Program-made: the position numbers and the translations under genes
In this document: positions 27,521-39,742 of the stretch, piece by piece
How positions within the stretch are numbered: position 1 is the stretch's first letter
Layout: every line of letters starts with the position of its first letter
Sequence record: ON528727
Direction: 5' to 3' (one strand)
Source: Shigella phage ESh17
DNA: 64,000 nt
The notes under the pieces: generated by a model
The model's database searches: none
Told to the model about the DNA's origin: nothing
Seen by the model: the letters and a program-made list of their open reading frames with translations, nothing else

Positions 27521-30500
27521 CTATTTTAACCTGTGTTGGATTTTCAGGGTCTCTTGGATTTCCTATATTGTCTTTTAGACGTTTATTAACTAAATCTCTA
27601 AATTGCGCAAATGTTGTTCCAGATGCATCAAATAAAGGACTCATTAATTTACGTCGTTCAGACGGCAATTGACCTTGAAATATTGAATTATTATTTTCAG
27701 CATTATAGTCATCAGGAAGAGGATATTTTACACCAGCCATTGGGCCAGGCTCATAAATTGCTTCGCCTGTTACCGAATCATGCTCAATTTCACCAGTTGG
27801 AGTCAATTTAGCTACTCTATCAGCATATTCAGTAGGCAATCCAGAATCCCATTTATAGTTTTTGTATTTATTAATTATAGTCTCTGTATGTTTAAGAGTT
27901 AAACCAACATTAATAAACATTGTTAAAAGTGTAATTGCTATAAATCCAAATCCTACTGGATGAACAAAACGAATAACGTCAGATTTCCAGCGGGAAGAAG
28001 GTAAATTGGATTTAATTTTCATTACATAATATGATCTACTTCTATTAATATAGTCTATATTGTTTTGAAGCAAATCCTTTCCTTTGACCCCACGAATAAT
28101 TTCGCCTTCAAAACTAGGGAGTCTTTCTGCTTTAACTTCTTGACCAGCAATTAATCGTCCTAAAAGATTATGAATAGTTACGGTCCATTGCAATTTACCA
28201 TTAGAATAGCTTCTTTCTATATAAGTAACATTACATCTTCCTGTTGCCGTATAAATCGTTTGTCCTACTAAATCTTCAGTCAAAGAATCAGATTGAACGA
28301 TTATATCATATTCAGTACCAGCCCCAGATTCAATTTCAATTTCAACTTCTTCATTATAAAGAACTTTAAAAAGAAACTTGTATGATGCTTCAATTCCTTT
28401 AGTAGAATAAAAATCATAGCTACGTGATTCAAAGAATCTCGCAACAGCATCGCGTTTATCAGCATTTAAATAAATGTTTCTTTTATATATCTCTGACCAC
28501 AAATATTCCCATGCATGCTCTTCTCTAGGATACTGATTACGAATTAAATTTCGTAAATTATTGTATTGAGTTCCGTATCCATCAGAAAGATACTGAATAT
28601 ATGCTTCGCAAAATGCTTCAAAATTCGAATCCTGTAACAAATAAGAATCAGGCATCATTGTGCCAATTAATGGTCTTAAATCAGGGTCAGCTAATCCACG
28701 CTCTTCTTCTGGTGACCAAGGAGTCTCATGCTCTTGGTTTTGTAAAAATGCTTTTAAAAATACTTCAGTTGGCTTCCAAATAATTTCTACTGTATCTCTC
28801 ACACGATAGTTAAAATCATAGTAAGAAATTATTTCACCGGAGGCTTTGTAGAAAAGCATTCCTGATGCGTATTTTTTAAATCCAGTGAATTTGACATTTG
28901 GCATTACTATAGTGCAATCACCATCATCCCAGTATTCATGAACTAATCTATCTGGTGATGTTTCCGGAATATTTTCTATAACTTTGGTGTATTTTAAATC
29001 AGCATAAACTACTACAGCTCTATCAGAGTTGTTTATCCAACAACGTGTGTTAGATTTTTTAGACCAGTTAAAGAACGGTTCTGCGTAGTATTTCATTGGC
29101 TGAGGCGTAAAAGTTTCCCAATCAGATTTTTCATCCGCTATAAATGCCATCATATGATAATGCTTATCAGCTAACCATTCACGAGGAAATTCATATTTGA
29201 CAGCACCAATTAACTGATATTTTGCTGCAGTTTCAGGGTCATTAACAACATTATCACTTAAAAATTTAAAATTGCTCGAAGACAGAGAAACTAATTTACC
29301 GTCAGTTGACATATTCGCATATCCGGGTTGAATACGTCTTCTTTCTTCTTCGGTATTACCGAAAACTCTTTTCCATGTTTTTTCATCATGATTTAAAACA
29401 TATATTCCTTTATCAGCAGAATCAATTATTTTTGATGTTCTCGGATTGGCATTTAATGTTTCAACTTCTCCAATAATAAGAGCAAAAACTTTATCACCGA
29501 TAGAATCCATTTTATAGCATACTGCTTTAGGATTTCCAGTTATAGTCATTGTATCAGGTTCAAAAAGTCTTTCCGAATATGTTGGAGATAATGGATCAGA
29601 ATCTATAGGTGCATTACTCGTTTTTATGTATCTAACTTTGTCTCTGGCGACAACGTAAATGTAATCATCGGTGCAAGTAATAGCTTCTGCAATGCGGTAT
29701 ACATTCGCTGGTAAAGTCGCATAAGTGGCAAAAATTTCTACATCAAATCCTAGATGCAATTGGTCACCAAGTTTAGCGAATGTTATATCCTGTGAACTAA
29801 ATCTGACATCATCAGCTGACCATCTAACATCAGTAGATTTGCGGCCATAGAAAATCTTGTCGTATCCTAGAACGTATGTTGTGTTCGCAGATTGGTAATA
29901 TACTGTCTTAGATAAAGGATATCCTACACGGTCATTGAAGAGCTTTACAGCTTTCCAAGTTTGTCCTTTATCATTGGATACTTTAACTACGGGTTGATAG
30001 CGCTCAAAAAGATATAGAATCCCTTCTGATTCCATCAAATAAACTCGGTTAATATCCTTACATACTTGCTGAATAGAACCTTGTATTTCATGATACTCAT
30101 TTTCACCAATAATAAAATTACTTATTGATGAAACATCAACATATGATGGGCTGAATTGGAACGATTCATTCATCAATGCAGCCATTATAGTGTCATTATT
30201 AAAATTAACATAATCAGAATTATTAAGAGTAAATTTTTCCTGAATGAATTTATTGGCTAATTGCATTTCAATCATGTTTTGAAATGTATAAGCATTTGTA
30301 GCAAAAGTTTCAAACTCTTCGGTATAAATCCAATCAGACTGCTCAAAATCTTGCGCCGCCGTAGCTACTCTAATAATGTATGTTGTTAATGGATCAGCAT
30401 CATCAAAAAAGAAACTATTATTTGATGTATATCCTAAATTAATCCAACGATATTGATTACTCGGGAGTTTTTCCCCCGAGTTTGTTTTTGTCTCAGCGAT

Positions 30501-30611
30501 TTCTACAAAATAGTAGAAATTAGCACCAACGTCATCCCAGCGTACTTGCACCTGATTTGCGGATAACTTGGAAATTCTGAGACTAGTGACTGAAGGTGCT
30601 TTTACTGTCAT
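27513..30611 (-). CDS. 7: gp7 baseplate wedge initiator, 1032 aa
   Basis: 1032 aa; position. Confidence 0.9.
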   Translation of the reverse strand: MTVKAPSVTSLRISKLSANQVQVRWDDVGANFYYFVEIAETKTNSGEKLPSNQYRWINLGYTSNNSFFFDDADPLTTYIIRVATAAQDFEQSDWIYTEEFETFATNAYTFQNMIEMQLANKFIQEKFTLNNSDYVNFNNDTIMAALMNESFQFSPSYVDVSSISNFIIGENEYHEIQGSIQQVCKDINRVYLMESEGILYLFERYQPVVKVSNDKGQTWKAVKLFNDRVGYPLSKTVYYQSANTTYVLGYDKIFYGRKSTDVRWSADDVRFSSQDITFAKLGDQLHLGFDVEIFATYATLPANVYRIAEAITCTDDYIYVVARDKVRYIKTSNAPIDSDPLSPTYSERLFEPDTMTITGNPKAVCYKMDSIGDKVFALIIGEVETLNANPRTSKIIDSADKGIYVLNHDEKTWKRVFGNTEEERRRIQPGYANMSTDGKLVSLSSSNFKFLSDNVVNDPETAAKYQLIGAVKYEFPREWLADKHYHMMAFIADEKSDWETFTPQPMKYYAEPFFNWSKKSNTRCWINNSDRAVVVYADLKYTKVIENIPETSPDRLVHEYWDDGDCTIVMPNVKFTGFKKYASGMLFYKASGEIISYYDFNYRVRDTVEIIWKPTEVFLKAFLQNQEHETPWSPEEERGLADPDLRPLIGTMMPDSYLLQDSNFEAFCEAYIQYLSDGYGTQYNNLRNLIRNQYPREEHAWEYLWSEIYKRNIYLNADKRDAVARFFESRSYDFYSTKGIEASYKFLFKVLYNEEVEIEIESGAGTEYDIIVQSDSLTEDLVGQTIYTATGRCNVTYIERSYSNGKLQWTVTIHNLLGRLIAGQEVKAERLPSFEGEIIRGVKGKDLLQNNIDYINRSRSYYVMKIKSNLPSSRWKSDVIRFVHPVGFGFIAITLLTMFINVGLTLKHTETIINKYKNYKWDSGLPTEYADRVAKLTPTGEIEHDSVTGEAIYEPGPMAGVKYPLPDDYNAENNNSIFQGQLPSERRKLMSPLFDASGTTFAQFRDLVNKRLKDNIGNPRDPENPTQVKIDE

Positions 30612-32590
30612 TGTGATATAGGCTCCAAATCGATAGTTAAGTATTGTGGACGTAAGTCATTTTCAAATACAATCAGTGAACCATCGCGAGTAAAGATAAC
30701 ATCATCGGTTGGGTCAGAATATAATTCAATAGTCTGAACTTCAAATTTTTCAGATGTTAAATTAATTTTAGCGATATTCCAATAAATCATGTCAGCTGGA
30801 TAATTTATTTCACCGATAACATAATATTTGTCACGTCCATCAGAATTTGCTAATTTATTAAAATCATTGCCTGTATACGGCTGAATGTTTTCATTTTCTG
30901 TAACATCGCCAGAAGCAAATGGACCAATAATAACTTTACCAATTCCTTTAGAATCTCGGTCTGTTGATACTATACGAACGTCATATAATACATCTTCTTC
31001 TAAACCAGTATCAGGATTTACAACCTTTCGTCCAGAATTAAATGAAAACGTATTAGATTCCATAGAACGATCTTTTATTTGATTATTGTATTTAATACCC
31101 GCTTCAGGTGTTTTATAGAAGTTTTGTACTTCACGAACCATTTGAATAGTCGCTGATGAACCAATGACAGAATGATCTGCATCATCTACATATGTCAACA
31201 TCTTAGACTTGGCAAAAGACGAGTTAAAAATTTCTACATCTTCGGTATAATAGCGATCAATTTTATCAATTATTTGACCTTCAAGCCACTGCTCGGATTC
31301 TTGCAGTTTATTTAAAGCATATGTGACTTTTAAATTAGTCTTAATAAAAAGATAATTAGGAGAAATAATTGATGGCGTAATAGGAGCTAAATTATAGTCT
31401 TTGAGATAATTTTTAATATCTTCACGTTGTACAGTAGTTAAATACAATCCTGATTTAGGTTTAGCAGCAATAAATGCATACCCAGGTTTAGTAGAATCAG
31501 TGAAAGTCTGAACAGCTTGAATAATAGAACCAAATCTCTCTGAAACAAATGTATCGTAGTCAGTCGCAGTTACGCATCGTTGTTGGGTTTCACGTTTAAT
31601 AGTACCCAATTCGCGAATACGCTCAATATCTTCTGGATCACCGCCGCCATCTGCCCCAACAAAATCTGGGTCATCGTTTGGATTTTCATTAATATTGATG
31701 ACAGTTATATTTGTTAATGTATCTGCATATGAAAATCCGACTGCGCCATTCGCATCTGCACCGTTAGTACTGATGTACTCAATAACAATCGTAGAGTTCT
31801 GGGTAGGTTTAAGACCTCCGATATAATTAGCGGTCAAAGCTCCTTCAGAAGCATTAACAGAAATTTCACCTTCACCAAAATAGAATTCAGTGTTTCCATC
31901 AATAGTTTCACGCATATAGTAAATCGTTGATGTTGAACCAGCATGAACCATTGACTTTCTCGTCCAGTTAATCCATTCCGCTCCATCAACATATAATTTA
32001 ACCTGGTTTCTATCAATATTTTTATCATAAATGATAATAGGTGTTAATTTATCATAAATGATTTCAGTTCTTACTATACGTCCCTGGGCCAATTTTAAAC
32101 GCGGAAAATATTGGTTATTTTTATCACGAATAGCAATAACGTCTTCGGTAGAAACGAAGTTGTATGGATTAACAGAAGTATCTTTTGCATATGCTAAAAA
32201 GCGAGTTCCGCGAGGAATTGTAATGTAATTCCTATTCAATGCGTCGGTGCATGTTAACATAATTTCGGTCTGCGCAGCGGATTTTGAAGTAGGTAAATAT
32301 CCGTTATCTTGTGCAGCTTGAACAACTGAACTTCGTAAGTTAGCAGTACGCATAAAGCTTTCATACACAGCAGCATTACCAAACTGCTGAATGTATAATG
32401 TATTATAAGCTAAAAGGTCACACAGAACGTTTAATCTTGAGCCTTCAAAATCATAATCCAAAAATTCATTTTGGCCATTAAGCCATTCAATGAGGTTTTG
32501 TTTTATTTCAGCAAACGTACCCCCGACGAATATCTCGGGAATAGCATTTGCTGTTCTTGTTAATTGATAATTTACAGGGGTATTTGCCAT
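30608..32590 (-). CDS. 6: gp6 baseplate wedge protein, 660 aa
   Basis: 660 aa; position. Confidence 0.9.
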   Translation of the reverse strand: MANTPVNYQLTRTANAIPEIFVGGTFAEIKQNLIEWLNGQNEFLDYDFEGSRLNVLCDLLAYNTLYIQQFGNAAVYESFMRTANLRSSVVQAAQDNGYLPTSKSAAQTEIMLTCTDALNRNYITIPRGTRFLAYAKDTSVNPYNFVSTEDVIAIRDKNNQYFPRLKLAQGRIVRTEIIYDKLTPIIIYDKNIDRNQVKLYVDGAEWINWTRKSMVHAGSTSTIYYMRETIDGNTEFYFGEGEISVNASEGALTANYIGGLKPTQNSTIVIEYISTNGADANGAVGFSYADTLTNITVININENPNDDPDFVGADGGGDPEDIERIRELGTIKRETQQRCVTATDYDTFVSERFGSIIQAVQTFTDSTKPGYAFIAAKPKSGLYLTTVQREDIKNYLKDYNLAPITPSIISPNYLFIKTNLKVTYALNKLQESEQWLEGQIIDKIDRYYTEDVEIFNSSFAKSKMLTYVDDADHSVIGSSATIQMVREVQNFYKTPEAGIKYNNQIKDRSMESNTFSFNSGRKVVNPDTGLEEDVLYDVRIVSTDRDSKGIGKVIIGPFASGDVTENENIQPYTGNDFNKLANSDGRDKYYVIGEINYPADMIYWNIAKINLTSEKFEVQTIELYSDPTDDVIFTRDGSLIVFENDLRPQYLTIDLEPISQ

Positions 32591-32598
32591 TTTAAATC

Positions 32599-32892
32599 CT
32601 ATTTAATGAATACTTTAGATGATGCCTGAGCCACAGTATCACCGCATGATATTGGATCAGCCATTTGAACAGCTTTCTTTCCCGTGACATATACCTTAGA
32701 TGTTCTAGGTTGTGTCACTCCGCCATGTGTTTCATATGGCTTTTTAATTTCTGTATGTTCTGTAATTGGATCGCCTGCTACTAGAACAGCAATTCCTCCA
32801 GTGAATACTTTACTTTGTGTAGCATTCACAACTGTTGGAGGCCACGCTTCATGGCCAGCAGTAACACACTTATCATAACTTAATCCTGACAT
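32599..32892 (-). CDS. 5.4: gp5.4 PAAR-repeat tip of the cell-puncturing spike, 97 aa
   Basis: 97 aa; Gly/His-rich PAAR-like; position downstream of gene 5. Confidence 0.8.
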
Positions 32893-33450
32893 TTATGGCC
32901 TCTCATACACATAGCTTCTCAATTTATTAGCCCAACGACTCCAATTTCCAACTATAGTTTTAGTATAATTTTTAACGAGAGTTTTTCTTACTGGAGCAGG
33001 AGGATCCGTCGGTTCAGTAGTATCAGAAGATGACCTAGAATTACTGCCAGAACCTCCAGATTCACTTTGTTCTTGGTAGTCATATATTAATGTTACTTCG
33101 TAAGTGAATGTCTTCTGGAGATTTTGAGGAGCTTTCCACAAATACAACTGAGTATCAGAATCAGTAGGAAGTTCTTCCCATGAAGCAGCAGTTTTAAATT
33201 CATCGCCTAAACGATATTTCAACGCGTCATCTCCAAATCCAAACACAGATTCATATGTTCCATATAAGCGATTTTCTTCTACTAAAACCCCAGGAGTTTC
33301 TTCGTAACTAGTTATATTTATAGATACTAACGTTTCACCTGTTTCTAATTGAGCGGTAAAGGTGACGTCGATAGAAGAACCTTCCATGGATTCTCCTAAA
33401 TCAGCGCTCATTGGAAGTATATTAGCCAATGTCAATCCTCGATCCATCAA
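32893..33450 (-). CDS. gp5.1-position acidic protein, 185 aa
   Basis: ORF between 5 and 5.4. Confidence 0.6.
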
Positions 33451-35149
33451 TTGTGTATTGACCAGATGAAATAGAACTCATAGATGCCATTTTTTCTGTC
33501 CAATCACCACCAACGTCCCAATCAACTGTCCCAGCAACTTTCCAAGAAAGATTTCCATTTACTGTATTAGTTTGATTACCTTCAACTAAAGTGGTAGCAT
33601 CTCCTTTAACTGTAATGTCAGCATTACCTTCAACTACAATAGTAACATTACCTTTAACTAGGATAGTTCCATTACCTTCAACCGTCTTAGTTTCATCGCC
33701 ACGTACAAATATTGTATTGCTTCCATCGATTTGATGTAAACGATTATCCATGTTGTAATAAATTTCTGATCCACCGACGTTAGTCTTTTTATCACCGGCT
33801 ACCAAAAAATTACCATCAGCATTTGTTATATCATACAAATTATCAACAGTTTTTCTTGTTCTTCTTCCTGACGGTGATACTTCTTCATAAGTTCCAGTTG
33901 GATGAACTAATCTGTATCGTTCTTGCCCAGGGGTATCATCAAATTCTTGGATATGTCCACTTTCAGTTTCCATCGTATGCACATAAGGATACTCACCTTT
34001 ATATGAAGAAACTGGTTCTTTGAATAAAATTCTCGAGTCATTTGGAATAGGAGGATCAGCAGGGTCAGAAGATTTAGCTACAGTAGCAGCCATTGCAGAT
34101 AAAGACCTAGCTGGTGTTTTCACTTCAACACCATATGATTCCAAATTTCCCGTAAGAATAATCATGGTAACACGGGATGCACGACCCTTTGTTTGTTGAT
34201 ACCACAATGAATCACGACCGGCTTTATACGCTTTTTCCCAATCTCCTGCTAACATAGCAGTTAACATTGTGTTAAATTTAGCTACACCACCAACACCCAT
34301 CTGAAATGCCATATTTTCTAACGCCATTTGACGAGAACGGTTGACAGCTTGCCAGACTGGTCCTACTTTAGAATGTGATTTAATGTCACGTTGCATATCA
34401 GCCAAATCACGCTCAAATAAAGTCGTCGCCTCTTCCATTGTAATAGAACCTGGGTTTCCAGTAATTTCACGACCAACTTGTTTTGATAAAACTTTATTAA
34501 TTTGAGCCATATCACGAACTGGCTGCTTCATAATAAGATGACCAATACCAATTGTCGGATATCCTTCTGTATCCCAATAAACTTTTAGTCTTAATCCTTC
34601 ATCACGGCGAAGCATGTCAGCCATTGACATATTTGGATTATCATCGGTTGGAATTTCTGATAGCGGTCTATCATCGGGATTTATCGCAGTATCTAGATTG
34701 CTATCTTGGATAATATTAGAAGACGAATCATATCCTACTTCTCCGCCTTGGTTTAATACGTTCGTATCATTTCCTAAACGTCTAGGATACTGCCCAGTTG
34801 GGTCAGAAAATCCTTCAAGTCTATTCGGTTTTTCGCGAACTATTCCACCATACGTGCCAAGGACAATTCCGTTAGTTTTCCATTTGTCTAAAAAATGACC
34901 ATAAACTCTAGTTCCTTCTACCGGACCAGTAACGGAGCCTCCAATTCCTGACATTGCTGCAGAAGTTATAGGTTGAATAACTGACATCCATGGTAATTTT
35001 TCAGTTGGAATACCCATTACATCACCTTGTGCTCTTTGAGGTGGATGCAGACCAACAACACGAACACGAACACGACCTAATTTTAATGGGTCCATTCTAT
35101 CTTCAACAACACCAACAAACCAATTGAGGTTATTACTTATCATTTCCAT
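33422..35149 (-). CDS. 5: gp5 baseplate hub / tail lysozyme, 575 aa
   Basis: 575 aa; OB-fold N-terminus, lysozyme middle domain, C-terminal VxGxxxxx beta-helix repeats. Confidence 0.9.
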   Translation of the reverse strand: MEMISNNLNWFVGVVEDRMDPLKLGRVRVRVVGLHPPQRAQGDVMGIPTEKLPWMSVIQPITSAAMSGIGGSVTGPVEGTRVYGHFLDKWKTNGIVLGTYGGIVREKPNRLEGFSDPTGQYPRRLGNDTNVLNQGGEVGYDSSSNIIQDSNLDTAINPDDRPLSEIPTDDNPNMSMADMLRRDEGLRLKVYWDTEGYPTIGIGHLIMKQPVRDMAQINKVLSKQVGREITGNPGSITMEEATTLFERDLADMQRDIKSHSKVGPVWQAVNRSRQMALENMAFQMGVGGVAKFNTMLTAMLAGDWEKAYKAGRDSLWYQQTKGRASRVTMIILTGNLESYGVEVKTPARSLSAMAATVAKSSDPADPPIPNDSRILFKEPVSSYKGEYPYVHTMETESGHIQEFDDTPGQERYRLVHPTGTYEEVSPSGRRTRKTVDNLYDITNADGNFLVAGDKKTNVGGSEIYYNMDNRLHQIDGSNTIFVRGDETKTVEGNGTILVKGNVTIVVEGNADITVKGDATTLVEGNQTNTVNGNLSWKVAGTVDWDVGGDWTEKMASMSSISSGQYTIDGSRIDIG

Positions 35150-35723
35150 AAGATTTCTCCATTATACGTATAAGGTCGTTCATAAATGAATTGATGTCTG
35201 ATTTTGCTATTATTTTTATTTGACGAAGTTTTTCATTTTCAAGAACAGCAGCTTCATACGTATCGACCGCAGCAAGTGCTCCTTCATATTGAGGATATTT
35301 TCTAGCTTTATCGCCTTTGTCATACCAAACATATGGATTATCATCATATGATACTAAATTATAAAATTTTTCACCGTTCTCGTTCACGTGATATACTATT
35401 TGGTCTCCACCTACGTTTTTGTATTTTTGTATAGATGCTTGATAAGCAGCTTCTTGCGAAGTAATCCATCCATAATACGGATCATAATTATCATTACACA
35501 TCAATAAAACCCAATACAGCTGTGGATTTCCATATATAGCATTTGCTAATTCTTCCGGGCGTGGTGAACCTTTAATATAATAAGTACGTAAGCGGTATCC
35601 CGCAAGAGCGCGTTTAAAATAGTCTTTATAGTTTCTAAAAATATCTGTCATAGGAATAGTCGGCGCGTTTTTATTCACCGTTTTGGCCGCATATTCAATC
35701 GGATCAAAAAATGTAAAGAGCAT
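35133..35723 (-). CDS. 53: gp53 baseplate wedge protein, 196 aa
   Basis: 196 aa; position. Confidence 0.85.
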   Translation of the reverse strand: MLFTFFDPIEYAAKTVNKNAPTIPMTDIFRNYKDYFKRALAGYRLRTYYIKGSPRPEELANAIYGNPQLYWVLLMCNDNYDPYYGWITSQEAAYQASIQKYKNVGGDQIVYHVNENGEKFYNLVSYDDNPYVWYDKGDKARKYPQYEGALAAVDTYEAAVLENEKLRQIKIIAKSDINSFMNDLIRIMEKSYGNDK

Positions 35724-35736
35724 GGGCCCTCCTGTT

Positions 35737-35744
35737 TATAAATA
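35737..35744 (+). promoter_or_regulatory. late promoter TATAAATA for gene 4
   Basis: exact TATAAATA about 27 nt upstream of the gp4 ATG. Confidence 0.6.
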
Positions 35745-35751
35745 TATTATC

Positions 35752-35759
35752 TATTTATA
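35752..35759 (-). promoter_or_regulatory. late promoter TATAAATA for gene 53 (divergent)
   Basis: TATTTATA on plus strand upstream of the minus-strand gene 53. Confidence 0.55.
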
Positions 35760-35770
35760 AGGAGAATCCA

Positions 35771-36223
35771 ATGGCATATTCTGGAAAATGGGTTCCTAAA
35801 AATATATCAAAGTATAGAGGTGACCCTAAAAAAATTACGTATAGATCAAATTGGGAAAAATTCTTTTTTGAATGGTTAGATAAAAATCCAGAAATTATTG
35901 CATGGGGTAGTGAAACAGCAGTAATTCCTTATTTTTGTAATGCAGAAGGGAAAAAACGTAGATACTTCATGGATATTTGGATGAAAGATTCTTCTGGACA
36001 AGAATTTTTTATTGAAATAAAACCTAAAAAAGAAACACAACCACCAGTTAAACCAGCACATCTAACAACCGCAGCGAAGAAAAGATTTATGAATGAAATT
36101 TATACATATTCTGTTAATACTGACAAATGGAAAGCAGCACAGTCTTTAGCTGAAAAGCGTGGAATAAAATTTAGAATTCTAACAGAAGATGGATTACGAG
36201 CTCTTGGCTTTAAGGGGGCATAA
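35771..36223 (+). CDS. 4: gp4 head completion protein, 150 aa
   Basis: 150 aa; begins [21 protein letters not shown]...; position. Confidence 0.85.
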   Translation: MAYSGKWVPKNISKYRGDPKKITYRSNWEKFFFEWLDKNPEIIAWGSETAVIPYFCNAEGKKRRYFMDIWMKDSSGQEFFIEIKPKKETQPPVKPAHLTTAAKKRFMNEIYTYSVNTDKWKAAQSLAEKRGIKFRILTEDGLRALGFKGA

Positions 36224-37047
36224 TGGCTATTTTTCAAATAATTAATGAAAGCACTCCCCAAGTTCCAAAGGTTAAGCAATCATTAAACGAAAAGAAATGG
36301 ATTCAAATAGGTCTTGAATATAAAAAGGCCAAAGCAAAAGGAATGACAGGAAAACAATTTGCTGAAGAAAGAGGAATCAAATACTCTACGTTTACTTCGG
36401 CAATGTCAAAATATGCTTCAGGAATTAAAACGGCTGAAAAGATTCAAAAGCTTGAATCAAAACCAATGAATAAACTCAATAAGCAAGAAAGACAACTGCT
36501 TATGATAAATTCATTCAGGCAAACATTGCGTGATAAAATTCGTAATGAAGGCGCAGCAATTAATAATAAAACCAGAAAGTGGTTTGCTGAAACTATTAAG
36601 CAAGTAAAAGGACATAAAGTTGTTCGCCCGCAGCCGGGACGAATATATGCTTTTGCTTATGATGCTAAACACAAGGAAACTCTTCCTTACTGGGATAAAT
36701 TTCCTTTGATAATTTACCTTGGTTTAGGTAAGCATAATTTAATGTACGGATTAAACTTGCACTATATTCCACCTAAAGCTCGTCAGCAATTTCTAGAAGA
36801 GCTTTTAAAGCAATATTCAAATACACCTACTATTACTAATAAAACGAAATTAAAAATTGATTGGAGTCAAGTGAAAGGATTTAGGGGTGCAGACCAAATG
36901 ATTAAGGCATATATACCTGGTAATATTATGGGTAGCCTTGTTGAAATCGCCCCGAAAGATTGGGCGAACGTTGTGTTGATGCCACTTCAGCAGTTCGTTT
37001 CAAAAGGAAAACGTTTCTCTGCAAACAAAGTCTGGTCAAATATCTAA
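36223..37047 (+). CDS. 2: gp2 DNA end-protector protein, 274 aa
   Basis: 274 aa; position. Confidence 0.85.
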   Translation: MAIFQIINESTPQVPKVKQSLNEKKWIQIGLEYKKAKAKGMTGKQFAEERGIKYSTFTSAMSKYASGIKTAEKIQKLESKPMNKLNKQERQLLMINSFRQTLRDKIRNEGAAINNKTRKWFAETIKQVKGHKVVRPQPGRIYAFAYDAKHKETLPYWDKFPLIIYLGLGKHNLMYGLNLHYIPPKARQQFLEELLKQYSNTPTITNKTKLKIDWSQVKGFRGADQMIKAYIPGNIMGSLVEIAPKDWANVVLMPLQQFVSKGKRFSANKVWSNI

Positions 37048-37153
37048 TTCTATTATCTTCCATTCTTTTCTGTTGTTTGTTCTAAATGGAATTGAATGGA
37101 AGGGACTTAGACCCATTATACCACCAACAGTTATAAAGCATTATGAGGAATAT

Positions 37154-37684
37154 ATGTCGCAAGCTCTGCAACAAATTTTTAACCAAGCAAATACAACTAA
37201 CTTTGTAGTATCAATACCACATAGTAATACTACATCTGCTTTTACTTTAAATGCTCAGTCAGTTCCTATTCCAGGAATTAGAATACCTGTTACTGATACC
37301 GTGACTGGGCCGTTTGGACTGGGCCGAGCACAACGTCCAGGTGTTACATTCGAGTATGATCCACTCATTGTGAGATTTATAGTTGATGAAGAACTTAAGT
37401 CGTGGATAGGAATGTATGAATGGATGCTAGGAACTAGCAACTATCTTACAGGTGAAAATACTGCTCAAAAAACAGGTCCTGAATACATTACGCTTTACAT
37501 CTTAGATAATAGCAAAACTGAAATCGTGATGTCAATAAATTTTTATAAGCCTTGGGTTTCTGACCTGTCTGAAGTAGAATTTAGCTACACAGAAGATTCA
37601 GACCCGGCTTTAGTATGTACTGCAACGATTCCTTACACCTATTTTCAAGTAGAAAAAGATGGTAAAATTATAGCAGAAGTTTAA
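37154..37684 (+). CDS. 3: gp3 tail tube terminator / completion protein, 176 aa
   Basis: start at ATG 37154 (MSQALQQ...) after GAGGAA; ORF-track start 37073 is an upstream non-ATG extension. Confidence 0.85.
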   Translation: MSQALQQIFNQANTTNFVVSIPHSNTTSAFTLNAQSVPIPGIRIPVTDTVTGPFGLGRAQRPGVTFEYDPLIVRFIVDEELKSWIGMYEWMLGTSNYLTGENTAQKTGPEYITLYILDNSKTEIVMSINFYKPWVSDLSEVEFSYTEDSDPALVCTATIPYTYFQVEKDGKIIAEV

Positions 37685-37733
37685 TGCTTCAGTTTTGTGT
37701 GTTATAATCTTAATTAAATTTGAGGAGAAACAC

Positions 37734-38458
37734 ATGAAACTAATCTTTTTAAGCGGTGTAAAGCGTAGTGGAAAAGATACTACTGCAGATTTTATCATGA
37801 ATAATTATTCTGCAGTTAAATATCAACTTGCTGGTCCTATTAAAGATGCATTAGCTTATGCATGGGGCGTATTTGCAGAAAACACTGACTATCCTTGCTT
37901 AACTCGTAAAGAGTTTGAAGGAATTGACTATGATCGTGAGACTAATTTAAATCTGACTAAATCAGAAGTAATCACGATTATGGAACAAGCATTTTGCTAT
38001 CTTAATGGTAAAAGCCCAATTAAGGGTGTGTTTGTTTTTGATGACGAAGGACAAGAATCAGTTAATTCCGTAGCATTTAACAAGATTATTGACGTTATAA
38101 ATAATATTGAAGATCAATGGTCAGTCCGTCGTCTGATGCAAGCCCTAGGTACGGATTTGATTGTTAATAACTTCGACCGCATGTATTGGGTAAAATTATT
38201 TGCTTTAGATTATCTTGATAAATTTAACTCAGGTTATGATTATTATATCGTTCCTGATACTCGTCAAGATCATGAAATGGATGCGGCTAGGGCGATGGGT
38301 GCTACAGTAATTCATGTAGTTCGTCCTGGTCAAAAATCCAATGATACACATATTACAGAAGCTGGATTGCCAATTCGTGATGGTGATTTAGTAATTACAA
38401 ACGATGGTTCTCTTGAAGAACTTTTTTCTAAAATTAAAAATACACTAAAGGTACTATA

Positions 38459-38459
<1 letters not shown>
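37734..38459 (+). CDS. 1: gp1 deoxynucleoside monophosphate kinase, 241 aa
   Basis: start at ATG 37734 after GAGGAG; P-loop GVKRSGKDT. Confidence 0.85.
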
Positions 38460-39168
<709 letters not shown>

Positions 39169-39175
<7 letters not shown>

Positions 39176-39198
39176 CGCTGATGAGGTAGTGATACTAT
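39169..39198 (+). promoter_or_regulatory. early promoter (GTTTAC -35, N18, TACTAT -10) enclosed in a stem-loop
   Basis: GTTTAC / TGATACTAT; inverted repeat gatgag...ctcatc around the -10. Confidence 0.6.
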
Positions 39199-39228
39199 TA
39201 TCTCATCAAAATTAATTAGGAAAATAAA

Positions 39229-39486
39229 ATGAAAACTTTCAAAGAGTTTGCTACAAAAACTACTATCACCGAATCTTCCCACGGTATGGAAGTAAAGCTT
39301 GGAATGGCTTTAGCTGAAGCTGAGCGTCTTTTCTCTCGTATTAAAGAACTTGCTGCTGCAGTCGATCCTTCATCTTTTAAAGGAGACCAAACTAAAGTTA
39401 AAGCGCTTTTAGCATTATGCTCTGATGCAGGCGAAATCGCTAAGAACGGTTCTAAGATGAAGAAACGATTAGAAGATTTAAAATAA
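39229..39486 (+). CDS. internal-protein-like head protein with capsid-targeting-sequence-like N-terminus, 85 aa (ipI position)
   Basis: begins MKTFKEFATKTTITE; position between 57B and the tRNA region. Confidence 0.6.
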   Translation: MKTFKEFATKTTITESSHGMEVKLGMALAEAERLFSRIKELAAAVDPSSFKGDQTKVKALLALCSDAGEIAKNGSKMKKRLEDLK

Positions 39487-39505
39487 TTTCACAAAGTTGT
39501 TTACA
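39475..39505 (+). repeat. 31-bp perfect direct repeat, copy 2
   Basis: identical to 39145-39175. Confidence 0.9.
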
Positions 39506-39528
39506 TAGGGTTTTAGTTGTGATACTAT
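39499..39528 (+). promoter_or_regulatory. early promoter, duplicate of the one at 39169
   Basis: GTTTAC / TGATACTAT; stem atagggt...accctat. Confidence 0.6.
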
Positions 39529-39556
39529 TACCCTATCAACTACTGAGGAGAATAAA

Positions 39557-39742
39557 ATGAAACGTTGTGAATTAATTCGAAATGTTGCTATTGCAATTTC
39601 TGCTTCCGCTTTTAGTTTTTCAATGTTTGTTGGATTTATATGCGGATTATTAACTACAGCAGAAAATGTGTTTTCGCTTGTAGTAGCATTTTTAATTGGT
39701 TTAATCGCTATCGTTATGGATAAAATTTCTAAAGGTGAATAA
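39557..39742 (+). CDS. small two-helix membrane protein, 61 aa
   Basis: GAGGAG SD; two hydrophobic helices. Confidence 0.5.
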   Translation: MKRCELIRNVAIAISASAFSFSMFVGFICGLLTTAENVFSLVVAFLIGLIAIVMDKISKGE